A stretch of 64,000 nt of DNA from Deltaproteobacteria bacterium. Lineage in GTDB: Bacteria > SAR324 > NAC60-12. Shown here one piece after another: positions 29,470 to 40,052 of the stretch. Where the stretch lies: positions 11,186 to 75,185 of the forward strand of contig JAYOTF010000014.1 of the NCBI GenBank assembly GCA_038150265.1. Reading direction: 5' to 3'. Made by a program: the position numbers and the translations under genes. The notes beneath the pieces were generated by a model, which saw nothing but the letters and a program-made list of their open reading frames with translations, searched no databases and was not told the origin of the DNA. Numbering within the stretch: the stretch's first letter is position 1; every line of letters begins with the position of its first letter.

Positions 29470-30936
29470 TCATAACAGCCACACTCCCTTGGGGAGCTCC
29501 AAGCGCAACCGGGTGCCTCGGCCCAGACGCGAGGTGATCTCCAGTTGCCCACCATGTTCCTCCACCACCCCATAGGCCACCGCCAGTCCCATTCCGGCAC
29601 TGCGTTCCAGTTTGGTGGTAAAGAAGGGATCAAACACCCGGGGCAGGTGTTCGGACTCAATGCCTCGACCCGTGTCTTCGACCTCCAGCCCCACCTGCTC
29701 ACTTGTTTCAAAGCTCCGGATCGTCAGCAGCCGCGTCTCCTGCCCCTCCATGGCCTCAAGGGCATTGAGGAGCAGCTGAAAGACCGCCAGCTCCAATGCA
29801 GCCGCGTCGCAGATGACCTCGGGCTCCGGCTCCTCGTGGACCTGCTCAATCGTCACAGCGTCCTCCTTGAACCGAGCCCGGAGCAGATCCAGGGCGTGCT
29901 TGGTGATGGTCTGAAGCCCCACCTTCTGACGCTCCACCCGGGGGGTCCGACGCGAAAAGGCCTCCAGGCTTTCGAGCAAGTCTCGAATGTTCTCCAGAGC
30001 CTGCTGGGTGCCCTCGGCCTCCTCTTCCGGCACACAGGGGGCGTTGGCCACCACCGTCTCCAGCACCTGCAGCGACTGCCCCAGCACTTCGGAGAGCGAC
30101 GATGAAAGCGTCCGGAGCGCGCTCATCAGCGACGACAGCTGCTCCTGCTTGCGCTGCTGCAGCTGCTGGCGCCGGAGGTGAATGAGCCGGACCTCGTTCT
30201 TCAGCCGCGCCTTCAGCTCCTCCCGCGAAAACGGTTTGGTCAGGAAGTCGGACGCGCCATTCCGCAAGGCCTCAATTCGGGTCTCCTGCTCATGGAGCGA
30301 GGTCAGGACCAAAATGGACGTTTCCTGATACGCCTCCTCTTCCCGGATGCGCTTGCACAGCTCCAGGCCATCCAGGTGGGGCATCAGGAGGTCGGTAAAG
30401 ATCAGGTCCACCGGGTGATGCCGGAGCTGCTGCAGGGCCTGTCGTCCGTCTTCAGCCGTCAGGACACGGGCCCCGTTGTGTTCCAGCAAGCGCTGGAGGA
30501 GGTTCCGGACCGAGGGCGCATCATCAGCGACCAGGCACTGGATGCCCTCAAGGAAGCGCTCCTGCTCGAGGAGCTCTCCCGCATAGTTCGCCAGGTCGCC
30601 CTCTGGAAAGGGCTTGAGGAACAGCTCCACCACCCCGGCCTCAAAGGCCTGCTCCCGGATGGAGTCGGACTCTGCCGAGGTGATGAGGATCACGGGGATG
30701 TGCGCCGTCTCCGGCTGTTCCCGGAGCTTGCGGACAAAGGCCAGGCCGTCCATGCCCTCGATTTCCAGATCCGAAGTGATCAGGTCCGGAACCCACTCCA
30801 GCGCCAGCTCGAGGGCCTCTGGAGCCGAGGCGGCCTCGCGGACTTCCACGGCCTCCAGGGTTTCCAGTTCCATGCGGATGAACACACGAGCGGAGGCGCT
30901 GTCATCCAGGACCAAAATGCGGCGGGAAGCGGTCAT
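29470..30936 (-). CDS. REC-REC-HATPase hybrid lacking an H-box (pseudo-kinase)
   Basis: Two REC domains; [19 protein letters not shown] at the H-box position; [18 protein letters not shown]. Confidence 0.85.
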   Translation of the reverse strand: MTASRRILVLDDSASARVFIRMELETLEAVEVREAASAPEALELALEWVPDLITSDLEIEGMDGLAFVRKLREQPETAHIPVILITSAESDSIREQAFEAGVVELFLKPFPEGDLANYAGELLEQERFLEGIQCLVADDAPSVRNLLQRLLEHNGARVLTAEDGRQALQQLRHHPVDLIFTDLLMPHLDGLELCKRIREEEAYQETSILVLTSLHEQETRIEALRNGASDFLTKPFSREELKARLKNEVRLIHLRRQQLQQRKQEQLSSLMSALRTLSSSLSEVLGQSLQVLETVVANAPCVPEEEAEGTQQALENIRDLLESLEAFSRRTPRVERQKVGLQTITKHALDLLRARFKEDAVTIEQVHEEPEPEVICDAAALELAVFQLLLNALEAMEGQETRLLTIRSFETSEQVGLEVEDTGRGIESEHLPRVFDPFFTTKLERSAGMGLAVAYGVVEEHGGQLEITSRLGRGTRLRLELPKGVWLL

Positions 30937-31772
30937 AGCCGTTTGTACGTCGCCGGCGCCACAATCCGCAGGGGCAGATCAAACTCATGGAGCGTCTCCG
31001 AGTGCCCCACAAAGAGGTACCCGCCCCGCTTGAGGTTCTGGCAGAGGCGCTTGAGGACCTGGAACTGGGTCGGCTTGTCAAAGTAGATCATCACGTTCCG
31101 GTAAAAGGTCACATCCGTGGGATACGGCATGCGGTACTGCTCATCCATGAAGTTGAGGGTAAAGAACTCCATCCGGGAGCGGAGCTGCGGGATGACGCGG
31201 ACCTTGGGCGTCTCCCGGTTCTTGCTCCTCAGAAAGTAACGCTTGAGCAACGGCAACGGAATTCCGGTGGTGCGGTTTTCCGAATAGATCCCCTGCAGCG
31301 CCGTCTGCACCGATCCACTGGAGACATCGGTCCCGAGGATCGAGTACGGGTGCTTGGTGCGGATGGGGTGCTTGCGGAAGTACTCCTCCAGCACCATCCC
31401 CAGGGTGTACACCTCCTCGCCCGTCGAGCATCCGGCACTCCACAACCGCAGGGGGTACTGCCGTCCCGGCACCCGAATCAGCTCCGGAAGCACCACCTCT
31501 GCGAGGTACGTAAAGTGATCGGGCTCCCGGAAGAAGTCCGTCTTGTGGGTGGTCACGAGGTCCACCATGAAGGCCAGCTCCTCCACCGCTTCGTCCTCAA
31601 AGAGGTGGTCGAGGTACTGCCCAAACGAGTTCATGTGGAGCGCCCGGAGGCGCTTCTGGAGGCGGGTCTCCAGCATCACCCGCTTGGTCGCCGGCATCTT
31701 GACGCCCAGGTTTTCTTCAATCCAGGCCCCCAGGACCTTGAAATCTGCTGTCTGTAAGTGAATGAAACTCAT
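30933..31772 (-). CDS. cheR: Chemotaxis methyltransferase CheR
   Basis: TTHKTDFFRE, WSAGCSTGEE, YRNVMIYFD, GGYLFVGHSE. Confidence 0.97.
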   Translation of the reverse strand: MSFIHLQTADFKVLGAWIEENLGVKMPATKRVMLETRLQKRLRALHMNSFGQYLDHLFEDEAVEELAFMVDLVTTHKTDFFREPDHFTYLAEVVLPELIRVPGRQYPLRLWSAGCSTGEEVYTLGMVLEEYFRKHPIRTKHPYSILGTDVSSGSVQTALQGIYSENRTTGIPLPLLKRYFLRSKNRETPKVRVIPQLRSRMEFFTLNFMDEQYRMPYPTDVTFYRNVMIYFDKPTQFQVLKRLCQNLKRGGYLFVGHSETLHEFDLPLRIVAPATYKRL

Positions 31773-31799
31773 GATCGTATCAACAAAAAACCCGCCTCC

Positions 31800-34337
31800 T
31801 CAGAGGGAATCCTGTGGCGGTTGAGGAGGCGTAAACGTACTTGGTAAATCATCCACCCATTCCTTCAGGGCCTCCTTGCTGGCCTGAGGCAGTTCCAGGA
31901 AGCGGTTGACGTTCCGGTCCTTCAGCATGTCCAGCGGCGCGGTGAATTCGGTGATCAGGCGGTCATCGGTGTTCTGTTCCAGTGGATTCAGGGTTTTCAG
32001 GTACCGGACCACTTCATGGTCACCCATCAGAAACAGCTGCGGCAAAAAAGTCGTGGGCTCCAGTCCAAAGCGCTGGAGCGTGGCGGCGGCCTGCGGACGG
32101 GCGGCCCGACGCACCACATCCTGATAACTGATCCGGAAGTTCGGTTGCTTCGAGGCAATCATCAGCAGGTCTCCCGGAACCGTCGACCGCCAGAGGGACA
32201 CCTGGGGAAACACCGACCGGAGGGTGTAAATGAGAATCTTCAGGTTCCGCGGCGACATGTGATACGCCGGAAGCCACTGCGCCAGCATCCCTGTGGAAGA
32301 CAGGCTCTGTTCCACCTGCTCATACCACTCCAGAGACAGCAGGCTCGACTCGCCCTTGATCCAGGGATTCGATGGCTGCGAAATGATCAGGTCAAACGGC
32401 TCCTTCTCGCTGATCAAAAAGCTTCGGGCGTCACGAGCCACCACCGTGGAGCGGGCGTCATGCAAAATGCCGTGGTTGTACTTTTCAAAGAACGAGGCGG
32501 CCCGGATCACGGCAGGAGAGATCTCTGCGGTGATGATCGTTTCGGGCTCATGGAGCAACGCGGTGCCGCTGGTGATGCCGCTCCCGAGTCCCACCACAAA
32601 CACCCGCTCCGGATTGGGGTGCAGGATCATCGGCAGAGAGGCCAGCAGCGTCTGAGTGGGCATGTCGCCACTTCCTCCTGCACTTGCATCCACCTTGCCG
32701 TTGATCATCAGGCTCCGCTTGCCCTCGGCGCTGTCCATGACGGCCACCGTCGCGACGGGTCCCATTTCGTAGTAAACGGTTTCAAACTTGCGCATCGCCG
32801 CCTCCCAGATCAGGGAGCGCTGGGCCTGTGCCACATCGTTGCGCTCCAGGGCCATCAGGTTGTAGCTCCGGGAGGAATCGTAGTACTGGTTGGCATACAG
32901 GTACACGCCACTGCTCATCAGGCGGGGCGACCAGGGCTGATTGAAGAGCAGGCTCAGGGAGGCCACCAGGGCCGTCACCATGGCCCACCGGAGGCGCTTG
33001 GCCGGAAGCCACTCCGGATGGCTCATCTGTGCCGCCAGGCCAATGGAAAAGCTGATCACGGCGCCCAGGGTCACCGTCCCCTGCATGCCAATGCCCGGGA
33101 CCAGCACCACGCCTGCGAGGGCCGCGCCCAGCATGGCGCCGAAGGTGTTGATCCCAAAGACGCGCCCCACCTCCTTGCTCGGAGCCCGGGTGTTGGCGCC
33201 CAGCACGGAACAGACCGTCGGGAACATCATCCCCATGGCAATGGTCGGAATCAGCATCACCAGCGCTGCCAGCAAGAAGCGCAGCACCTGCACCCCGCCC
33301 CAGGTGTCCAGCAGCTCGCGGTGCAACGACAGGTACAGGAACGGCAGGCGCTCCATGAGGATGTTGGCCAGCAGCACCGACACCGCCAGGATGAGCTGCA
33401 GCAGGCCGTAGAGGGTCCGGGCCGAGAGGCGCTGATCCAGGTGCCGGTACATGTAGCTGCCAATCGCAATCCCCAGCAGAAACGTCGCCAAAATGGTGGT
33501 AAAGGCATACGACGTGGTCCCCAGCAGCATGCTCAGGGTCCGGTTCCAGGCCACCTGATACCCCAGCGCCACCGCCCCTGAGAGCCCATAACTCCAGAAG
33601 ATGAGCTTGCCGTTGAAGGAAAGCGGCTCACGGCGCTCCTCCGGAGGCAGCACCCGGGCTTCACTCCCCTGGAGGCGCTTCTGCAGTTGCCAGAAGCCCA
33701 GACCAATGAGGAGGTTCAGCGAGGCGGCAATCCAGGTGGTCCCTGCTTGTCCCCAAAACCGCAGCAGCAGGTACCCGGTCACCAGCGTCCCCGTCAGGGC
33801 GCCAAAGGTGTTGGCCGAGTACAGCCGAGCGGTGTTGACCGCCAGCACCTGCTCGGTTCGGGTCAGGTAACGGCTCATCAGCGGCAGCGTCCCCCCCATC
33901 AGAAACGTCGGTGGCGCCAGCAGCAGGACGCCAAAGAAAAACGGCACCAGCGTCCGGGACTCTGCCAGCAGGGGAAACTGCTGGTACAGCTCGGCATGAA
34001 CCGCCTGAGCGCCCTCCACCAGCAAGGGAAAGAGCAGGGCGTACCCCCCGATTCCGGCCTCCAGCAACGCGTACACCTGGGCCAACCGGGCCTCCCCCCA
34101 ACGGTCTCCCTGCTTCCCAAACCACCAACCGCCCCACGCCAGTCCGCCCATGAATCCGGTCAGGATCACGGTAACCGCAGTGGTGGAGGAGCCCAGGAAG
34201 TTGGTCAGGGTCCGGATCCAGATCACCTCATAGGCCAGACTGGCGGCGCCCGAGCCAAAGAAAAACAGCGTCAGCCACTGTTCCAGGCTCAGCCCCAGCT
34301 TGCGGGGAGAGGGGTCATGTAAGCGGGAGGGGGACAT
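31800..34337 (-). CDS. Multi-TM membrane protein fused to a spermidine-synthase-like SAM-binding domain
   Basis: SGAASLAYEVIWIR, PPTFLMGGTLP, LYSANTFGA (duplicated TM unit); INGKVDAS, VVGLGSGIT, DLIISQPSNPW. Confidence 0.88.
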   Translation of the reverse strand: MSPSRLHDPSPRKLGLSLEQWLTLFFFGSGAASLAYEVIWIRTLTNFLGSSTTAVTVILTGFMGGLAWGGWWFGKQGDRWGEARLAQVYALLEAGIGGYALLFPLLVEGAQAVHAELYQQFPLLAESRTLVPFFFGVLLLAPPTFLMGGTLPLMSRYLTRTEQVLAVNTARLYSANTFGALTGTLVTGYLLLRFWGQAGTTWIAASLNLLIGLGFWQLQKRLQGSEARVLPPEERREPLSFNGKLIFWSYGLSGAVALGYQVAWNRTLSMLLGTTSYAFTTILATFLLGIAIGSYMYRHLDQRLSARTLYGLLQLILAVSVLLANILMERLPFLYLSLHRELLDTWGGVQVLRFLLAALVMLIPTIAMGMMFPTVCSVLGANTRAPSKEVGRVFGINTFGAMLGAALAGVVLVPGIGMQGTVTLGAVISFSIGLAAQMSHPEWLPAKRLRWAMVTALVASLSLLFNQPWSPRLMSSGVYLYANQYYDSSRSYNLMALERNDVAQAQRSLIWEAAMRKFETVYYEMGPVATVAVMDSAEGKRSLMINGKVDASAGGSGDMPTQTLLASLPMILHPNPERVFVVGLGSGITSGTALLHEPETIITAEISPAVIRAASFFEKYNHGILHDARSTVVARDARSFLISEKEPFDLIISQPSNPWIKGESSLLSLEWYEQVEQSLSSTGMLAQWLPAYHMSPRNLKILIYTLRSVFPQVSLWRSTVPGDLLMIASKQPNFRISYQDVVRRAARPQAAATLQRFGLEPTTFLPQLFLMGDHEVVRYLKTLNPLEQNTDDRLITEFTAPLDMLKDRNVNRFLELPQASKEALKEWVDDLPSTFTPPQPPQDSL

Positions 34338-34375
34338 CAGTGGGTTGCCTCGTCAGTTAGAGGTGGAGGGGATGG

Positions 34376-34404
34376 CATCCGGGAAGCGAGAGGCTTCCCG
34401 GATG
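34376..34404 (-). terminator. Perfect 12-bp hairpin downstream of cheW
   Basis: CATCCGGGAAGC-GAGAG-GCTTCCCGGATG; no clear U-tract. Confidence 0.55.
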
Positions 34405-34430
34405 GGGATGCAGGAGTCAGATCCTGCGCG

Positions 34431-34943
34431 TCAGGCCTGTTCTTCCGGAAGGGCCACTTCACTCAGATTCTGAGCCAGGCTCAGTTCATCAAGGGTGAAG
34501 ATCTTCTCCAGGTCCAGGATGGTGATGAAGCGTTCCTCGCGTTTCCCCATGCCTCGGATGAAGTCGATGTGGAGTCGGGTTCCCAGCCGAGGAGGAGGGT
34601 TGATGTCTTCGGTGTCCAGGTCAATGACCTCCTGAACGGAATCCGCCAGGGCGCCCAGCATGGTGCTTTCGCCGTCAATGCTGACCTCAATGACAATCAC
34701 GCTGGTGTTGACGGTCTTTTCCACCCGTCCAATGCCAAACTTGAGGCGCATGTCCACCACCGGCACCACGCTGCCCCGGAGGTTGATGATGCCCCGCATG
34801 AAGTCTGGGGTCTTCGGAACCTTGGTCACTCCGTCAAACTGCAACACTTCCCGGACATTGCTGATCGGAAAGGCATAGATCTCCTGATCCAGGACAAACG
34901 TGAGGTACTGATTGGAGATCGTCGACTGATCTTCTTCGCTCAT
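34431..34943 (-). CDS. cheW: Chemotaxis adaptor CheW
   Basis: QYLTFVL, VREVL, TKVPKTPDFMRGIINLRGSVVPVVD. Confidence 0.97.
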   Translation of the reverse strand: MSEEDQSTISNQYLTFVLDQEIYAFPISNVREVLQFDGVTKVPKTPDFMRGIINLRGSVVPVVDMRLKFGIGRVEKTVNTSVIVIEVSIDGESTMLGALADSVQEVIDLDTEDINPPPRLGTRLHIDFIRGMGKREERFITILDLEKIFTLDELSLAQNLSEVALPEEQA

Positions 34944-34981
34944 AAAAACTCCTTAATGTTCGTCAAACCGTAGAAACCGGA

Positions 34982-35007
34982 CCCTTCCCCCCTGGAGGAG
35001 GGAAGGG
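34982..35007 (-). terminator. Hairpin downstream of the MCP gene
   Basis: CCCTTCCC...GGGAAGGG inverted repeat immediately after the stop. Confidence 0.5.
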
Positions 35008-35014
35008 AAATGAC

Positions 35015-37138
35015 TCAGAACCGCTCGAAGTCCTCATCAGCGGAATCGGCACCCCCCATGTCCAGGTCGATGCCTCCCTTCTGCGCGCCGCTTTTCTTCG
35101 GAGCGGCAATCTGCTTCGGGGTCTCGCCAGACGCCTTCATGCCGCCCCCCTTTGCAGGCGGGTTGTGGGGAAGGTGCGCAATCTTGGTATGTGCGCCCTG
35201 CCGGTGCATGGCATGCCGGGAGTTTTCCAGTTTGAAGAACATCATGGCCTGCTGCAGCTGCTCAGCCTGAGAGCTCATCTCCTCAGTGGTGGAGGCCAGC
35301 TCTTCGGAAGCCGCCGCATTTTGCTGCACCACCTGGTCGAGCTGCTGAATGGCCGCATTGATCTGCTGCGATCCGGAATTCTGCTCCCGGGACGCCGCAC
35401 TGATTTCCTGAACCAGCTCAGCCGTCCGCTGGATGTCCGGAACCAGCTGCTCCAGCATCTTCCCAGCGGTTTGGGCCACTTCGACACTGCTGCTTGCCAG
35501 GGTATTGATTTCCGCCGCTGCCGTCTGGCTCCGCTCTGCAAGCTTGCGGACCTCAGAGGCCACCACGGCAAAGCCCTTGCCATGCTCACCTGCACGCGCG
35601 GCTTCAATGGCCGCATTGAGGGCCAGCAGGTTCGTCTGCCGGGCGATCTCTTCAATGATCGAGATCTTGTCGGCAATCTGGTTCATGGCCGCCACGGTAT
35701 TGGCCACGGCATCTCCCCCTTCACGGGCGTCATCCGCCGCCTTGCGGGCGATCTTTTCTGTCTGCACCGCGTTGTCGGTGTTCTGCTGAATGTTCGAGCC
35801 CATCTCTTCCATGGACGACGACACCTCCTCCACGGAGGAGGCCTGCTCCGAGGCCCCCTGAGACAGCTCCTGAGCAGTGGAGCTCACCTCCTGGGCTCCG
35901 GAAGCCACGTTGTCCGACGAGTTCCGGACCGTCTCCACAATCTCCCGAAGTCGCTCGGTCATTTGCTCAATGGAGGCCAGGATGCCAGAGTTGCGCTTTC
36001 CGGATCGGCCCTGATTGAAGTCCACATCCAGGTCTCCACCAGCAACCTTGTCCACCATCACACCAATCTCAGCGGGCTCCCCCCCAACCTGGCGGATGAT
36101 GGACAGGACGACCCACAGCGCAATCCCCAGCCCCAGCACCAGGCTGATGATGATGAGGATGATCAGGTTGTTCCGGGTGTCTTCATACATGACATCACTG
36201 GCCTGCTTGATCGCATCCAGGTCGTCATCGTTGCGCTGAACAATTCCGGCCATGATGCTCACCGCCTTGTCATTCAACTCACGTCCTTGCCCCACCGACA
36301 GGTCAAAGGCCTTGGTGTTCCCATTTTCCCGGGTGATGGACTGGACCTCCTGATTGTGGCTCAGGTAGTCTTCATAAAGGGGACGGAACTCTCGGAGCAG
36401 CGCCCGGCCCTGTCCGGAAGAGAGCGTTTCCAGGTCACTGAGCCGTGACTCCAGTTCCTTCTGGATCTGCGAGGTCACCTGGGCGTATTGGTCCATCTCC
36501 TTGTCTGTTGTGGAGAGGATGATGTTCTTCTCCGCCCGCTGCAGTTCCACCAGGTTCTGATTGATCCGCGCTCCCAGCTTGATGCGGTTCACAATCACCC
36601 GCAGGGTCTCCAGATCCAGTGCCTCATCCGCCTGGCGGTCATTGAGGTCCACCACCTGTCTCATCACGGCTGCCGCCTTGTCGAAGGCGGCTCGGGAGTC
36701 GCCCTTGGAAAGCGCCTCTGCCCGCACATTCGAGTTCAAGCGCGAGTAGCTCCGGACCTGCTGATGGACCTTCATGTAGTCATTGAAGGCGACCCCAAAG
36801 GAGTCCAGCTCCCGTTTCCCGGCTTCATCGGACAGTCCGCGCAGCTCTCCGCGTCGGGCGTCCATGTCTCCCTGGATGCCATCAATTTCCTTGGCAAAGA
36901 CATCCATGTCTTCCTGGGTCTTGGCCAGGATCATGTTCTTCTCCGCCCGGGAGATGGCGACAATGCCCTGATTGATGCGGGCCGCCAGCTTGATCTTGAC
37001 CGCCGTGTTGTCTGCAACAAAGTTCAGCTGGTCATTGACCCCACTGAGCCCGTTGATTCCCATCCAGGAGCTGATCGCCATCAGGACCAGGATGATGATG
37101 AATCCACCGAAGAGCTGGGTCTTCATGTTGATTCGCAT
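35015..37138 (-). CDS. Methyl-accepting chemotaxis protein with a duplicated four-helix-bundle sensor
   Basis: Two TM segments, [41 protein letters not shown]-terminal pentapeptide DFERF. Confidence 0.97.
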   Translation of the reverse strand: MRINMKTQLFGGFIIILVLMAISSWMGINGLSGVNDQLNFVADNTAVKIKLAARINQGIVAISRAEKNMILAKTQEDMDVFAKEIDGIQGDMDARRGELRGLSDEAGKRELDSFGVAFNDYMKVHQQVRSYSRLNSNVRAEALSKGDSRAAFDKAAAVMRQVVDLNDRQADEALDLETLRVIVNRIKLGARINQNLVELQRAEKNIILSTTDKEMDQYAQVTSQIQKELESRLSDLETLSSGQGRALLREFRPLYEDYLSHNQEVQSITRENGNTKAFDLSVGQGRELNDKAVSIMAGIVQRNDDDLDAIKQASDVMYEDTRNNLIILIIISLVLGLGIALWVVLSIIRQVGGEPAEIGVMVDKVAGGDLDVDFNQGRSGKRNSGILASIEQMTERLREIVETVRNSSDNVASGAQEVSSTAQELSQGASEQASSVEEVSSSMEEMGSNIQQNTDNAVQTEKIARKAADDAREGGDAVANTVAAMNQIADKISIIEEIARQTNLLALNAAIEAARAGEHGKGFAVVASEVRKLAERSQTAAAEINTLASSSVEVAQTAGKMLEQLVPDIQRTAELVQEISAASREQNSGSQQINAAIQQLDQVVQQNAAASEELASTTEEMSSQAEQLQQAMMFFKLENSRHAMHRQGAHTKIAHLPHNPPAKGGGMKASGETPKQIAAPKKSGAQKGGIDLDMGGADSADEDFERF

Positions 37139-37182
37139 AAGTACCTCATCAGATGAAGTGTTGGGAAAAGCATGGATGGGAA

Positions 37183-37473
37183 CTAACCTCTCACCCAATT
37201 CAAGTAACTGAAGCCGCCCTCTTCCACGGCCTCCCCGAGGGGACCCGGCAGGGGACGCTCCAGTTGCAGGTCAATGCCCTTGCTGCGGGCCAGCAAGTAG
37301 GCTGCGTGGATCAGCTGCACGCCCGCAACATCGGCCCGCTCCATGTCCCCCCAGTTGATCCGGATCTCATCCGGGCTCTGCTGGAAGGCTCCCAGGAGCG
37401 TTTGCTGATGACGTGCGACTGTGTGGATGGTCAGGTCCCCTTGCAGCGTGACCGTCTGCGGGCTGGAACTCAT
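37183..37473 (-). CDS. STAS-domain protein (che-associated)
   Basis: [18 protein letters not shown]; lacks the phospho-acceptor Ser. Confidence 0.8.
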   Translation of the reverse strand: MSSSPQTVTLQGDLTIHTVARHQQTLLGAFQQSPDEIRINWGDMERADVAGVQLIHAAYLLARSKGIDLQLERPLPGPLGEAVEEGGFSYLNWVRG

Positions 37474-39638
37474 GACGCCTCCTGAGCTTTGGAGCCACCG
37501 GCCTTCTGGGTCAGGGTCAGGACATCCAGGATGAGGGCAATGCCGCCGTCTCCCAGAATGGTCGCGCCTGAGATGCCGACGACATTTTTGTAAAGCGAAC
37601 CGAGGTTCTTGATCACCGTCTGGTGCTCGCCCACGACATAATCGACCACAAAGCCGATGGGCGAACCTTCGTCAATGATCACCACTTGTTGAATGGCGGG
37701 AGGAGTCCCCGGGACATCAAACATCTCCCGGATGTAGAGGTAGGGGACCAGCTCATCGCGGACCTGCATGACCTGTCCACGGGTGCTGTTTTCGATTTCG
37801 GACGTCCGCAGCTCCACCACTTCGTCCACAGATGAGAGGGGAATGATGAAGCTCTCTTCTCCCACCCGGACGAGCATGCCCTCAATGATGGCCAGCGTCA
37901 GCGGCAGGCGGAAGGTCAGCCGCGTCCCGGCCCCCATGGTGCTGGCCAGGTTCACGTGGCCTCCCAGCGACTCGATGTTGCGCTTCACCACGTCCATGCC
38001 CACGCCTCGTCCGGAGAGGCTGCTGACGGCCTTGGCGGTGGAGAAGCCCGGCATGAAGATCAGCTCCTGCAGTTCCTGCTCGGTCAGCTCCGCATCCGGA
38101 CGGATCAGGCCCCGCTCAATGGCCTTCTTCTTGATGACCTCGGCATCCAGGCCTCCGCCATCGTCATCGACCTCAATCACGACCTTGGCGCCCACGTGCC
38201 GGGCGCTCAGGTGAATGTGTCCCTGCCGGGGCTTGCCCTTGGACTGCCGGACGTCTGGGTCTTCAATGCCATGGCCCATGCTGTTGCGGATGATGTGCAC
38301 CAGGGGGTCGTTGAGTTGCTCAATCACCGACTTGTCCAGCTCCGTGTCCTCGCCTTCTGTGGTCAGCCGGACCTCCTTCCCCAGCTCAGACGAAAGGTCC
38401 CGGATCAGGCGCTTGAAGCGTCCGAAGAGGGTGCCAATCGGCAGCATGCGGATGCCCATCGTGGTGTCCCGCAGGTCAGCCGTGAGGCGCTCCACTTCCT
38501 CGGAAAGCAGCACCAGCTCGGAGTCGTTGCGGTGCTTGACGGTCTGGCTGAGCCGGGCCTGGACGGTGACCAGCTCTCCCACCAGGTCCACCAGCGTGTT
38601 GAGCTTCCAGAACGGCACCCGGATCGTGGAGGTGTTCGCCTGCTCCCGGCTCCGTTCCTGCTCGCGGCGGTGTTCCTGCTCGCGGTTCCGGAACAGCTGC
38701 TGCTCGTTCAGAGCCGACACGATGTGGCCCTCATCGACCCCCTGCTCCAGCAAAATCTCTCCGATCCGGCGCTCATCGTCTTCCTCGATCTCCCGGATCT
38801 TCAGCTCACAGTCGTCTTCGACAAACATGAACACGTCCCGGACGGCATTGATGCCCCGGTCGGTCCGCAACAGCACCTCCCAGTACACCCGGCACTCCTC
38901 CGGATTGAACTGATCCAGCGGCAGAATCTTTTCCGTCTGGGCCACCACGTTGCCCTCTCCGAGCTCCAGCAACTCTCGGAGCAGCAGCAACGGGTTGGTG
39001 CCTCCCCGGAACAGCTGAGGCTCGGGCTTGAAGCTGATGCGGTAGGTCTGTGACTTCTCGGTTTCCGGAGCCGGTGCCTCCAGATGAGGCTGGGGGGGCA
39101 CCTCTGGCAGGTCTTCAAAGAACCCGAAGCCCGGGTCCTCTTCCTCGGTTTCCGGTTCGGCTTGAACAGCGGCAGGGGGCTCGGGGGGCTCAACCGGAGG
39201 CGGCTCAGGGGCAGCAGCAGGCGCCGGCGGCACCGTCTCTTCCTCCTGGTCCTGAGCCAGGAAGTCCCGGAGGCGCTGAATCAGGGCCTCCAGGGCGGTG
39301 GTGTCGCTTTCCTGTGCCCCTTCGATGTCTTCGAGCATGCGGTTGAGGCGATCATGCACCGCCAGGGTGAGCCCAATCAGGTTGTGCGTCACCCGTCGGG
39401 TGCCCACCCGGACCTGATCAAAGATGGTCTCCATCTCATGAGTCAGGGAGGCGATCTGGTCGAATCCGAACATGGAGCCCGACCCCTTGAGGGTGTGCAT
39501 CACCCGGAACGTTCGGTTGACGAGCTCCGGATTTTCCGGGTCCTCCTCCAGTTCCAGCAGCAGCTGCTCCAGTTCGTCATTCAGCTCGCGAGCTTCTTCC
39601 AGGAAGACGAGCCGTCCGCGTTCAAATGCCGAAGCCAT
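37470..39638 (-). CDS. cheA: Chemotaxis histidine kinase CheA (1)
   Basis: FRVMHTLKG, LVDLVGELV, DPLVHIIRNS, DDDGGG, SGRGVGMDVV, CheW domain. Confidence 0.97.
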   Translation of the reverse strand: MASAFERGRLVFLEEARELNDELEQLLLELEEDPENPELVNRTFRVMHTLKGSGSMFGFDQIASLTHEMETIFDQVRVGTRRVTHNLIGLTLAVHDRLNRMLEDIEGAQESDTTALEALIQRLRDFLAQDQEEETVPPAPAAAPEPPPVEPPEPPAAVQAEPETEEEDPGFGFFEDLPEVPPQPHLEAPAPETEKSQTYRISFKPEPQLFRGGTNPLLLLRELLELGEGNVVAQTEKILPLDQFNPEECRVYWEVLLRTDRGINAVRDVFMFVEDDCELKIREIEEDDERRIGEILLEQGVDEGHIVSALNEQQLFRNREQEHRREQERSREQANTSTIRVPFWKLNTLVDLVGELVTVQARLSQTVKHRNDSELVLLSEEVERLTADLRDTTMGIRMLPIGTLFGRFKRLIRDLSSELGKEVRLTTEGEDTELDKSVIEQLNDPLVHIIRNSMGHGIEDPDVRQSKGKPRQGHIHLSARHVGAKVVIEVDDDGGGLDAEVIKKKAIERGLIRPDAELTEQELQELIFMPGFSTAKAVSSLSGRGVGMDVVKRNIESLGGHVNLASTMGAGTRLTFRLPLTLAIIEGMLVRVGEESFIIPLSSVDEVVELRTSEIENSTRGQVMQVRDELVPYLYIREMFDVPGTPPAIQQVVIIDEGSPIGFVVDYVVGEHQTVIKNLGSLYKNVVGISGATILGDGGIALILDVLTLTQKAGGSKAQEAS

Positions 39639-40000
39639 TACCCGAGTACTTTCTTGGTCACCGCGATCAGCCGCTGGGGATCAAAGGGTTTGATAATCCA
39701 ACCGGTGGCGCCCACCTCCTTGGCCTCTTGCTTCTTGCTGGCCTCCGACTCCGTGGTCAGGACAATCACCGGGACAAACTTGTAGTCCGGATGCTGCCGC
39801 ACAGCCTGGATGACCCCAATGCCGTTGAGATTGGGCATGTGCAGGTCCGTGATCACCATGTCGATCTGACCACTGAGGCGATTGACGGCATCTTGCCCGT
39901 CTTCTGCGGCCTCCACAGAATAGCCGGCCTCTTCGAGAGTCAGGCGAACCATCTGCCGGACACTGTTGGAGTCGTCAGCGATGAGGATGCGTTTGCTCAT
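39638..40000 (-). CDS. cheY: CheY-type response regulator
   Basis: ADDS, ITDLHMP, LTTES, GATGWIIKPF; directly upstream of cheA. Confidence 0.95.
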   Translation of the reverse strand: MSKRILIADDSNSVRQMVRLTLEEAGYSVEAAEDGQDAVNRLSGQIDMVITDLHMPNLNGIGVIQAVRQHPDYKFVPVIVLTTESEASKKQEAKEVGATGWIIKPFDPQRLIAVTKKVLG

Positions 40001-40052
40001 ATGCTGGTCTCAGTTACTTGATGAAATGCCACTGATGGCCCGTCACACGGGA

